Shown one piece after another: positions 38,531-50,451 of a stretch of DNA of 64,000 bases; the stretch's first letter is position 1, and every line of letters begins with the position of its first letter. The notes under the pieces are model-generated. The model saw nothing but the letters and a program-made list of their open reading frames with translations. It was not told the origin of the DNA and did not search any database. Source of the stretch: Pelomyxa schiedti (Eukaryota > Protista > Evosea); contig JAHLWZ010000807.1 of assembly GCA_020536535.1 (NCBI GenBank), forward strand, positions 1 to 64,000, given 5' to 3'. A program made the position numbers and the translations under genes.

Positions 38531-41500
38531 TTAGGACGACCTGTTTGGCAATTGCAGAGCTTCAAGGAGACGGTCCAGTCTGGGAATTACTTCCCGTAGG
38601 TTAGGTCTTGTTGCTGGTGATGAACACCAACAATTCGTGATAATTTCGACAAGCAAGGCCGGGCATCCAGAGGGTATTTTAGGTCGCTGGCCTTTTCGGG
38701 CCACTGTATCTACAAGTACACTCATTTCGGTGATGTGCCCAAAGGGAACTTCCGCGCTTATCATTTCCTGGTCATTATTCAGCGTCGTGTGAAAAATTGG
38801 GTGGTAGTACCCATAGACACACGCCGAACGAGTATACGTCCGTTTTCTCTGTGTAAGCCGATCTTGTAAGCATTTCCTGAGAGAGATTAGCGGAAAAACA
38901 AATATATCTGGTGTGTGGCTGACATACAGGGCTCATCCAAAGAGGACTTCCTACTCTCTTTTGAACATATTAGTTCGAACACAATGTGTGTGTGAATGTG
39001 GTGGGAACCTCCGTTAGGTTACTTCCATCGGATGGCTCTACAATTGACAGACTAACAACACGTTAGAAAGAGCTTTCAAAAAGGATAGGATAGAAGTACC
39101 CAAAATCACACAGCTTGAGGGCAAAGTGAGAGTCGAGTAATAGATTCTCACTCTTACAATCACGATGAATAATTCTTTTCTCTGTTAAAATGGAAGGAAG
39201 GGTAACAGTTGTACTTCGGGTGTAAGCTGTGAAGGTGGCATAAGCCAACAGCCATTTGTTTTGCCAAATGGAGAGCCATCTCCAGGTCTGTATACTTATT
39301 AGAATCAATACCAAGGAACTTCATTACCTATTTTTGTATCGTTCCTTTCATGTAGAAGTTGATATACACTCCCCCCAGAAAGAAACTCCGTACATATTGA
39401 CAAATGTGGCATATGGGTGCAGGCACCCATCTTTTTTTTTTTTGGTGAGGCGGGCATTTTTCATTTATGTTCAGTACATATAATACAATGTTAGGATGCC
39501 GTAGACTTCTGTGGAGGAGGTTTTAAAAAAATTTCTTTAAACTGTGGTACGTACGCAAGGATGGCAATTTCTTGTTTGAAAGCCTTCATCAATCTTGCGT
39601 CAACGTTCTGAGCTTTCAATTCTGGACCAATTGAATAAGAACAGAGAACATGTTGTTGTACCCTTCACTGCAACATCACAATTCCTCCACTTGGATTTAT
39701 ATACAATTCCAAAACTTCCTAGAATGACAGAACGTTGGTGAGTGCGCGTACATCTTGGACATGGCTTCCTTTACCCTCTCCCAGCTTCTCTATCATTTTT
39801 AGCTCAGAATGAGGGATTTCCCACTCATAATTCTCTGAAGAGGTCGTAACACGATGACGTTCACGCCACAAGGAAGTATCCCATTGATATTGAACAACAG
39901 CTCTCATAAATCTTGCTGTGGGTAAGAACAGTTGGGGAAAGACTTTTGGTTTTTGTTACTCGTCAAGAGTCACCAGTCCATCACGGTTTATGTCAATTTG
40001 CCCTGTTCATATGCATATCACGAATTTATCAATTCCAGAAAGGGTGAGCCTACCATAAATCCTATTGGCTTCTGGCTTGGTAACTTCAGGATAAAGAAGC
40101 TGCAACCTGGAAAAAAAAAATAAACTCGAGCTGGGAGAAAAAATACACTCGTACCCCTGGAAAAATTCGGTGCAATCAATAACACCATTTCCGTTGGTAT
40201 CTATATTATTGAAAGCTGCAATTCATTCCAGGTTAGAGGGGCAAGGTAAGAATTTCAATAATAGGTCTACACAATACCTGTGAGGACTTCAATTTGTTGT
40301 TTTTCGGTCATCTCAGCAAGGCTGCCGCTGGATGTACTGTTTGGAAGTGGGTTTTACTTCTCCAATTTTCAGCTACAAATTTGAATAACTTAACACACCC
40401 AATTTTCCCAGATGAAGTACCATTTCGTGCCTATTATTTGTTAGAGCAGCAAGAACTAGGTTCTGGATTATTTACCTGCCGAGTGCCATAGGCAGACTTC
40501 AGAGCTTTCTTGGAGATTGTGAGTGCAAGGAAAGGTACAGCAGTAAAACTGTACCCCAGAACTATTGGTGATAGCAGCTGCCTTCAGAGCTTCTTTAAGT
40601 GCGTGGTCTTCAACACGTTGCTGGAACTCTAGCTCCTTTTTTGCTACAGCCTCCTCCTTTCCGGCAGTTAGAATTTTTTCTAATAAAAAAAGAAAAACCC
40701 TCTCAAAGAGCTTTTGCTCTCGTGCATTAAGTTCCTGTTCTCTTCTGTTGAGATATTCTTCCCGGTCGTCCAATATACTAAGATCGTCTCTCCGACACCT
40801 AATCATGGGAGGGCTGTGTGGTGCTGTTGGATTTGGGCTATCATCTCTTCGAGATCGGGCCATGGGAGGACTGCGTGGTGCTACTGGGGAATGTGTTGGG
40901 GATGATGGTGATTTCTCAGTTGTGGGTGACTTAATGCACGGAATTAAAGGTGCTGAAATTTTGTGTGTCCCTTGCTCCACTGGATGGAGTTCAAAGTGTA
41001 TTTTGTCGCAAGACTGGCGTGCAGAACTGTGAAGCTGGTCCTGGTTGTAAAGCAAAGTGTTGTCAGTGGGTGCCGTGGTAGAATTTGCATCGAAGTTTGC
41101 CTGAATGCCGAATGTGATATGCTTGTCACTATCCGGAGTCCCAATAGGACTAGCTTCCGCAGTGGAGGTTGTAGTCCCATCAGAAGGACTTATAGCACGC
41201 GGTAGTTCCAAAAAGCTAGGAACTTCAGTCACACCCTGATGAGATTGATGTGCCGTTGTTGTTGTTGTTGTCGTGTGAAACTGAATCGTCGGGCTTGTAA
41301 TTGAATTCGCGGAATTAGACGAAGGCACCTGAACGGGCGGCAACGTGGAATTCGTCAGGATCGCCGGCGAGCGAGATCTCTGCGGGTGCGCCTGTTGCGG
41401 CGACGTGAAGGCCGTGACGCAGGAAGAACGGACCGGCGAAAGAGAGGCCCTGCCGTGCTTTGATATCACAGAGGGGTGTGTCCTCAGAGACCTGAGGTGG

Positions 41501-41892
41501 GACCCCGAAGCCAGGACCGTGGGCGTGAGGTTCGGCATAGGACCCAGGCCGCTGGTCCCGGTCAAGTTGGCACACGCGGCCCCGGAATTATGGGACCGCG
41601 GTTGCGCGTGGTGATTGTTGGTGCTGCCGTTGCCGTTGTTGTTGCTTCCATTTGCGGCGTTGTTGGTGTTGTTGTTGTTGATGCTTGTTGGCGTTGGGGC
41701 GAATCTGACGCCGCTAGTGGCCGTCGTTGTTGTGTGACTGTGGGGATTGAGAGTTGGGCAGTGTGTGAGGGACGTAGAAGAGTGTGGTTGTTGCTGTTGT
41801 TGTTTGCTGCGAATTGGGGCTGCGAAGGATGAGTTGATTGGGGGTGGCGCTGCCACCCTCAGGCTCGTTGTGGTGGGAGGCGACTTGATCAT
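38531..41892 (-). CDS. Tyrosine-kinase-like (TKL) protein kinase with a disordered N-terminus, coiled coil and EF-hand pair
   Basis: WEIPHSELKMIEKLGE|GSFGIVYK..VAVK, IIHRDCKSENLL, KLCDFG, GSPLWMSP|E, DVYSFG and RPKIP..CW..RP. EF loops DTNGNGVIDCTE (about 40165-40205) and DINRDGLVTLDE (about 39960-39995). Confidence 0.88.
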
Positions 41893-42364
41893 TTTTTTGG
41901 TTTTGCGATTATGGGTCTCTGGTGTGCTATGTGTGCGTGGGGAGGGAGTGACTTGGGCCTTTTTTTTTTTGTTGTTGTTGTGTTGATTCCCTTGACGAGA
42001 AAGGGGCAATCGGTGACGATTGGCCCTTGGGTACCTGAAGGACCTTGGTTGTGTTGGTTACTGTTGGTTAACACCAGTACCTGAAGGGACGGGGAAGATC
42101 GAATTTCGCTTATTAATACGTTCTTTCGGTGAAACTCGATCACCTTCCTTTGCAGTCGAATGAATAGTTTTTGCTTCTGCCAATCCACAGAACGACACTG
42201 TGCGAAGTGTTTCTGCAGGAAAACAATGAACACAAGCACTGGAGTTCTGTCACAGAACAACTTGAAAGAGCCACATAATCTTCCAAAGGATCCAAGTGCT
42301 GGAACCGAAACGGTGAAGAAAGGAAGGAAAAAAAAAAAAAAGCGAAAAAACGAATTAAACAAAG

Positions 42365-43354
42365 ATGGATCTGGTTGAAGAGGAGGAACACGACTTCTTG
42401 ATCAAGAGTACTCATGTACACTCACACCAAGACAACTTATAGCAGCTAATACAGTTGTCATAATTGGTGACAGTGGCGTCGGGAAGACAAATTTATTGTC
42501 TCAGTGGTATAGGTATCCAAATGACATACTTTCATAAACACACAGCACAACTTACTTTTTTTTTCCCCTCTCTTCCACATCGGCAGACATGAATTTAGCG
42601 AAAAGACAGCTTCCACTATAGGAGTCGAATTTGGATGGCAAATGAAAGAAATTGATGGCAAGAGGGTAAAAGCTCAAATATGGGACACAGGTCTCCACTT
42701 TCGCATATTATCTCTTACTGACTGAGACTTCCTTTTTTCCCACTACCTAACACTCAGCTGGACAGGATAGATTCCGCAGTGTTGCACAGGCATACTACAG
42801 AGGGGCAATGGGGGCACTTGTAGGTTGCTGACCTCACATTTATTGTTTAAATTCACTGTCCTAGTGTATGATATCACCAACCGATCGTCTTTTGTAAATA
42901 TCTCCAAATGGCTTGAGGAATTGAAGTAGGGCCTCATTACCGCGACATATTCTTACACTCCATGCAGGCAACACGCTGAGCCCAATGCAGTTGTAATGCT
43001 TGCTGGCAACAAATGTGACTTGGATACTCGCAATATTTCGGAGGATGAGGGAAGGGAATTTGCCACCAAGAATGGCATGCTGTTTATGGAGACCTCAGGT
43101 AAAAACAACGTGATGTTATTGCAAACTTAAATTATCTTTTCATAGCCCGCACCGCCGCCAATGTTGATTCAGCCTTCACATCCATAATCACTGGTGCCAA
43201 CTATGCCCCTACTTCTCGAAGCACTAACATTTTACTAGAAATTTACACAAACAACTTTTCGCCTGCTAAACCTGTTGTACACAAGGAACCCACAGTAAAG
43301 GTCAAACCTGCACCCGCACCCGCACCTGCACCACCCAAGAAGAAATTCTGCTGA
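42365..43354 (+). CDS. Rab GTPase, Rab11-like
   Basis: Spliced IGDSGVGKTNL, STIGVEF, KAQIWDT|AGQDRFR, AYYRGA, VYDIT, GNKCDL and ETS|A; ends KKKFC. Confidence 0.9.
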
Positions 43355-44369
43355 GTTCTACAAGCGCAAACCAAAAAAAAATAACTGCTCTATGAGGAAC
43401 TCTGTTGTTATGTGCTGTAAAAATAAAGAAAGAAGTTTATAGAAATATTGCTTATTTACAATGAATTAACCTTTGGGTGGCCAACGCGGCAATAACCACC
43501 TTTGGGTTTTCTCTACGGGTGGTTGTTACGTTCCGATTTGTTCAACGTTCTTCTCGAGCGGCCCTCTAGTCCGCTACCAATATGTGAAAGTCTTCATCAA
43601 ATGTAAACAATGCTGCCCTATTGGCTCTGCAGTGGAAGTAAATGAGATTGTATTACACAAACATTATATACGAACCCTTGGCACGTGAGTAATACCGCCA
43701 GTTGATTTCACTGTTCCAAGCATGTAAAGCACACAATCTAATGTGTATCTTGTTCCAACTATCCTCATTGGCAGCAAGTTGACGCCATGAGTAGCACACT
43801 TGGCCAAAGGCCAAGTGATAGCCGAAGATTCTTGGGCAACTAAAGTATAATACAAGATGTTATGCATTGGGTGCGACATGTGTTTTAAGCCGTAAAATAT
43901 TCAATAAAAAAAGAGTACCCGCAGGTCCCACTAAATGGCGATTTACAGCTAGAAGGAAGGCAAAGGGCATTCCAAATCAATTCCAAAATGTCTCTGCCAG
44001 TTGTTCAACAAATAAACAGCAAGAACCCAAATGGCACAAAACTAAAACATGCGCGCCAAAAGATCGTACCTACCCGCAGTTGCAAATCCTTCATTCTGCG
44101 GCACGCGTGGCACAACAACAGTAACAGTTGTCGGAAGTGGCGCCACAGAAGTCGCGGGGTCGGTCCCGTGAGGCTCCAAAGCCGCCGTTGTTGAGGGTTG
44201 GGCAGCGTCGGTGGTAGTTGTTGTTGTTACTGCCGATGTAGTGGCCCTTGGTTTCGACTGCGTTGCACCCAGTAACCTCTGCCACATTGTGGAACCGTAA
44301 CACGTGTGATTTTACAGTAAAATGGAAGTTACATTAAACTTGTTCTCACGGAATCCAGTGGTCGCGGTA

Positions 44370-46587
44370 CTAATCATCACTTGGAAGAAGCGCTATTGTT
44401 ACGGAGCCATTGTCGCGCCTGGACGCTAGCCTCACGCTCCAACCAGGGCCCCCGGAGTTGTAGGCAAAAGACCCGCCCCCGCCGCCGGCCGTGGTGCCAG
44501 AGTGACCATCAGATGAACCAGGGGCGCCGCCACTGAAGCCGCCGCCGCCGCCGTAGTACCCCTCGGCGCTCCCGCCGCCGCCGCCGAACCCCCCATTCCC
44601 ACCACAGTCGCATGCCACTCCCCCCTTGCCACCATTTAAGGGCGAGGTGCACGGATATGGCGGAAGTCGATCGGCGGCGCGGGTTACACAGCGAGAGCCG
44701 TTTGACGACCACCCAGCTCCGCCACCGCCTGAAACGATAATGGCTGTGGTGGCACACCTTCCTCCTCCGCCTCCTCCGCCGTTTGTCCCTCCACGTGAAC
44801 AGGAATCCAACACTGAGTTACCATCTGGGGAGAGACTAGCAGACTTCCCCAAATACTTGGGCCCAAGTGTTGCCCCACCACCGCCACCGCCTGCACAAAT
44901 CAGAATCTTGCCATTTGTAGTGATTGGTGAGCCAGATAGAGTAACACCATCCTCCCACACAAATGTCCCACCTCCGCCTCCAGCTGCCGGGGACCCACTT
45001 CTGCCAACCTGTCCCACAAGTATGTTGAGTGGTTGTCCTTCCCTAATTTCACAGATCGTTGTCACAATGGCACCCAGACCCCCGTCAGACCCTCCGCCAC
45101 TGGCACCAACTGCAGTGACTCTGTATTTTCCGGTCACAAGTGCCACCCAACGTTGTATCCCTCTTGAAAGTGTGACATTCCCCGGAAGTGGAGCGTAATC
45201 GTCTGTGGGAGCGATGTCGTATTCCCCATTTAGGCTGGTGAACCTGACTCGCGTGGGCCTCAGCATATCGATTTGTTTTTGTAAATGATCTGCGTCGAGG
45301 AGGACCTTCTCCAGCTCTTGCATTCTCGACGTGAGTTCCAGCATTCTGGTGTGACAGCTTGCTTCCATCTCCTGCAACATATTGGCTTGGAGACTAAGCA
45401 TCTCTTTCATTGCCTTGTTCTCAGAAACCAGGAATGTCAGAGCCGGACTCATTTTCACAAGAACGCAAGACTGGATGTGTTCAGTGAGGCCACCCCTTTG
45501 CCCACTCCAGGTGCAGAACTGGGCACAACACTGAACTATCACTTTGGGACACGTCGAAGACTTATGTTCAGTCAGGTGCCTTGGTTTCACTTTTTCCCCA
45601 CATCCCTCAGGGCAATCTTTTTTCAGGCATTAAATGGCAGATATGCAAAAAGTGTTACCGATTGGGCAATCCAATTGTGTGTGAGACATGTCCTTTATTA
45701 ACTTCCTTGCAACCGATGCATTGCATCGAGTGCAAATCACAGGTACACTCAAGCAATCAGTTTGTTCGTGAGCAGCTTGATTTTTTGGTTGTACTTTCAT
45801 GCCACATAGGTTGGGACAATCTGCACCAGTGTTTAAATTAAAGTTTACATGCTACGTTACTATTGGTGTAATAGTACCGACTGGGCAGTCCAGCTTCTTG
45901 TGAGATAGGTCTTTCATTGCACGTCGCGGGACAAATTCATGGCAAAGTTCACAAGCAACGAGCACGCTGAGGCACTCAGTTTTTTCGTGCTGGGCTTGAT
46001 CCACAGGTGCCACTTTTACCCCACACTCTTTTGGGCAATCTGTGGGTATTAGATGACAATTTCGTGAAAAGCATGTTGTACAACCAACTGGGCACTGCGA
46101 GATGTGGGAGAGCAGAGACTCCCGAAGGATTATTTCATTGCACACGGTACAGTGCACTTCAATCGCAGATAGTTTTGCTATAATAGGCTTTGCTGTCACT
46201 GGTTTCAGTCTTCCCTCCAGTTCCTCCTCACATGTTGGACACTTTGTCCCGGTTAGTTTCGCGTCTAAGGAGAAAGGAAAGTGGAGCAAATTATCGTCAA
46301 ATTGTTCAGAGGGAAAAGGTTGATCGGTGATTTCTCACATTCTTTCCACTGTTGCAACAAGCCTCACACAACCAAGAACCACAGTCGTGCACCATGGGTT
46401 GATACGCGGGATGCTCGCACACAACGCAATTGTGCCTGACATCCCATTTCCGCAGTGTCCCTTTGGCGTATTTGAACCACGATCCTGGCTGTGTCACAAC
46501 ATGTCAGAAAAGACAACAAGTTGGGCGAGGGTGCGGTACTTTTTGAGTTGCGAGACAGGAACTGCCTGGCCCCGTTTGGCCCGCCAT
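44370..46587 (-). CDS. RING + TRAF-type zinc fingers + coiled coil + glycine-rich (ALK/LTK-like Gly-rich) C-terminal domain
   Basis: ATG 46587 MAGQ..TQK|PGSW; RING CVVC..HDCG..CEAC..CPTC; TRAF fingers (HISQCP, CPKECG..HEKTEC, HKSSTCP..C..CTWSG..HIQSC); then GIQRW..TGKYRVTAVGASGG..GGLGA..LNILVGQVG..GGGGGTFV..AGGGGG..GGFGGGG..GGGGFSGG..GGGGSF..NGSVTI. Confidence 0.85.
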
Positions 46588-46769
46588 CAAAATCTAACTC
46601 GGAATGTTCAATTCGAGTGGAAAGTTGCCACATTGACAAGCAAAAGTGAAAGTTAGCTCAGATGCTTGGGCTTGGGGACTCTGGCTAAGTGAATCAGAGA
46701 GGCAGACGATACAAACAATTGATGATATATTCCAGATACGAAGAAACAAAAACGAAGAAGGCGGTTGCG

Positions 46770-49708
46770 ATGACGAAACGTCGCGAGTGGGAGTTCGAAG
46801 TTCTGCTGGGGGCGCTGATGACAATTTGGCTCTCGTGCGTTTTGTGTCGCGGCGCCTCCCTGTGCGTGAGCCCGACGGCCGTTGATGGCGGGGACGGCAG
46901 CGGCGCGGACTGGTCGAACCCAATTGTGGGATTCCCGATGAAGCCGGCGAGGGCTAGGGGCAACGTGTACCTTTTCGCAGCTGGCGAGTACAGATTCAAG
47001 GCTGGAATTCAGCTGGATGACGTGGAAAACGAATCTCAATTTGTGGAATTTGTAAAGGCAACTGCTCTGAACCACGGCCCTGGTTTGTAAATAAATGGCT
47101 ATCTGACTTTGTTTTTTTTAGCTTGACTGACCTAGGGGACAGATACCGGGTGGGAGGATTCTCTGTCAGATGGACAAGTTGTCTTTTTGGGAAATTCAAG
47201 TGCCTCTGGATTTGTATTTCTGCTTCGACGCAGTTTTTATTCATTTGATGGAGTAACCCCATTTGGCATTAAGCTGGGGTTTGACTGCTCCACGGTGCAC
47301 AATGACGAAGAAATTTCTGATTTCCTTATGCAGTCTTTTGACTATAGCACAGATTTCAACTCGGTTCACTTCAGAAATATAGAGTTTTCCATGTGTGGCC
47401 CCCACGCATATTTTGCAAGTGAGGATGCTGTGTACATGTACGCACAGCAAGGGATACATGACTTTGTTATGATAAACTGCTGGATTCACGACTCTCCACG
47501 GTTTACTGCCCCCTTGATTTGGTTGATCTTTAATTGATCTATTTTTAGAAGTGCATTGCTTTTACTGGAGGCCACTGACATAGTTATTGACCACTTACTT
47601 GTCGAGAGAAACGGGGGCAATGAAGAAAGTAGTGGGCTGCGCTTCGGAGCTGTCTCTAATGTATCTATCACAAATTCTGTGTTGCAAGACGTCCAGTCTG
47701 TGAACATTGTATTTCAGCAGTCAAGTTCTGATATTGTGGTAGAAAACAATCTCTTCATCAAGACTTCTGAATATCTCCCTTGGGCTTCAGTGGACACCAC
47801 TGTCATTGGAGCTCAAGATGCAGTGGATAATATAGAGATTGTGGGAAACATGTTCCTCAATGTCCATGGTCTTGACTGTGGAATAGAGTTGAGTGATGCT
47901 AGTGACGTTGTTGTAAATAATAACGTGTGGGCTTACTGTGTAGCAAACATCATCAATTTTGCTCTCCCAAGTGTGTCTGCCACCTTGCATATTTCATTCC
48001 TGATGGATTCACAGGCGGCACAAGGGATTACAACTCTTTTTGCAACAATTATCGGGATTTGAGCCCTGGAGCACAGCTTCTTGATGATAAGTCGGCCGAA
48101 GGAGAGAACCATGGATCTAGCTGTGGTAATAACTGGACCAAGCAGCTGTTTGTGCGCTACTCTCCCGGAATGCGGTTCCAGGATTCTGACTTACACCCCG
48201 TGGAAGTGGGTGATTCGGCTTTATGGCTCAATACACACACGAAGGACTTCTTTGGTACCCCACGTCAAAATCCTGGTCCACGAGGAGCCTTTGTTATGGC
48301 TGACCCATGCGCCTCCAGTGAAGTCTGTGGGGCTAGCACTCCTGAATGCTGGATGCCCCCAGTCTGTGATTCTTCCACTGGCTCTTGTATCTCCGATCCA
48401 ATTCCTTCGGCAGATGGAATGTTGTGTGGCGATAGTCCATCAGAGTTCACAGCTTGTATAGAAGGAGAGTGCCAATCCGGTGTTTGCCTGGGTGCCCCAT
48501 CAGATAGATACGCACAGTTTTTTGACTGTGGTGTGGTTGGAAATGGGGATCTTTGCCACTTTGAGTGCATTTCTGATGGTTCTGCTGGTACTGTTGAATG
48601 TAGTGACTCTGAGGTATTTGCCACTGACTTTTTTTTTTGATGTATTCTCACGTTGTTCAGTGGCTTCCGGCAAGTATAAGTTGCACAAGCCCTTGTGAAG
48701 CGACTCCTTCTATTCCACATGCATCTCTACGTAGTTGCTCAAGAATACGTGAATTTACTACTTGTGTATACAATTGTGATAGTTCTTCTACACAACTCGT
48801 GTTCAAGTGTGAAGATGGTGTCTGGCTTGACGAGACCTACGGGGCCACATGCTCCGAGTGGTGCTGTGATGACAACCCTTCATTTGCTGGGTATACAGTC
48901 ACAAATGAATGCTCCGGCAGCGCCGAGGATGATTACTGCACTTCAATCAGCTGCACATATTCTGGTACTATTACAAGTTACCCTCGCTGCCTATCATCTG
49001 GAGAATGGTCAGAACCTTCTGGATGCTTGGAATCCGAACCCAATTGCGGCATCTCTCACTGTACTGTATGTAAACTATAAACACATTAATGCCTCCACAT
49101 TTTCCATGCTCCCGTGCTCAATTTTACCAAGGTTTGTAGCACTTCAACAACCTGCAAGGAGTGTGATCAAGGCTGGACCGGGAGCCAATGCACTGAGGCA
49201 TGCACAATTACAAACTGTGAGGAATGTTCCAGCCACTGGACATGTTCTGAATGCTCATATGGAACACTTCCAAATTCGGAATCCACGGTCTGTGCTTCCT
49301 CCTGTAATACTATTGATCACTGCCTCGTATGCAATGACGGCGCTTGTGCTCAGGTAATTTTTTGACTTTTGCCTGAATTCCCTTGGAATTTCCACCCTAC
49401 CTTTTTCGTTTCTACTAACGCGCACCCGACGGCAGTGCGAGGATGGGTATACACCGCCAGATTGCACAGTGCCATCTTGCTCAATTGTGGGATGTGAACG
49501 GTGCAGCCAGAGTGGGCTGTGTGTGCTGTGTTCGGACCCATCCCATAATCCATCTGATGGGGGCACAGTGTGCACCACAGCCAGTGGTTCGACACCTGGA
49601 AGTGGGAGCACCAGTGATGCTCCGCCACTGAGCTCCCATTATATATTGCTGACTGCAATACTTCTGCTACTAGTGGTTCCCACCAACAATCTTGTTATCA
49701 TGTCTTGA
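46770..49708 (+). CDS. Secreted/surface protein: parallel beta-helix (pectin-lyase-like) repeats + Cys-rich repeats + C-terminal hydrophobic anchor
   Basis: Signal-like N-terminus; SPTA..GDGSGADWSNP motif; NVSITNS / DIVVENNLF / NIEIVGNMF / DVVVNNNVW repeats; DFFGTPR..GAF; many CxxC repeats; C-terminal YILLTAILLLLVV. Confidence 0.75.
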
Positions 49709-50451
49709 TCCTCCACTAAATTCAAAAAAAAAGTATTGGTCTTGTCACCCATATGATCATTGAAACAAATGGCTACTTGAGAAGTACACCAACCAAGGCG
49801 GAGAACAAAAAAAGAGGGGATGATTGTGAGGTATGCAACTCCAACAAACCCCTGAACTGCCTTTCTATCAAGCTGATGTACTTTGGGAAATGGCTTGGAG
49901 TTCTTTTACCCCGTCCTGAGCCAACTTTAGTGCAAAGCTATGCACCGAAATTGAACCCGAGAGGGGCCGAAGAACGACCAGGCCACATTTTTTCGCAGGG
50001 AGCACAACAGTCGATGTCAAAGCCGTCCATTAGATGGGGCTCGTGGAGGAAAATTAGCCCCCAAAATTATCGATGAATCGTCAATGTCGGGGGCAAAATT
50101 TCGAAGGAAAATCAATTTTTTAGCAGAAAACTGTGTGTCTTTGTTGGGGTTTCAACAGACTTCTTCTCTTCAAGAATAATTCTTGTTAATCGAAGTAGCA
50201 CACCTCATTTGCATCCTCCTCCGAAAAACATACTCCTGCTCTCGGGTAAAAAAAGCATAGTTTTTCCCGCAAGTTGCATTATGGGATACAGGGGGTTGGT
50301 CTGTTGTAATTCTCTCTGTACAGTGTATCGTTTGACTTTCCAAATGAGCTTGCTGTTAGTTTTATGGGACCCTTTGGAGCCTGGAACACCACCCCCTTGT
50401 GGAAGTTCCACTTTCCTCATCAACCACCAATCTTCCAGAACCGTACACTGC

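Noticed and set aside
43797-43817. Perfect 9-bp hairpin cacttggcc-aaa-ggccaagtg
   Set aside because: Too short and isolated to assign a function; could be chance.
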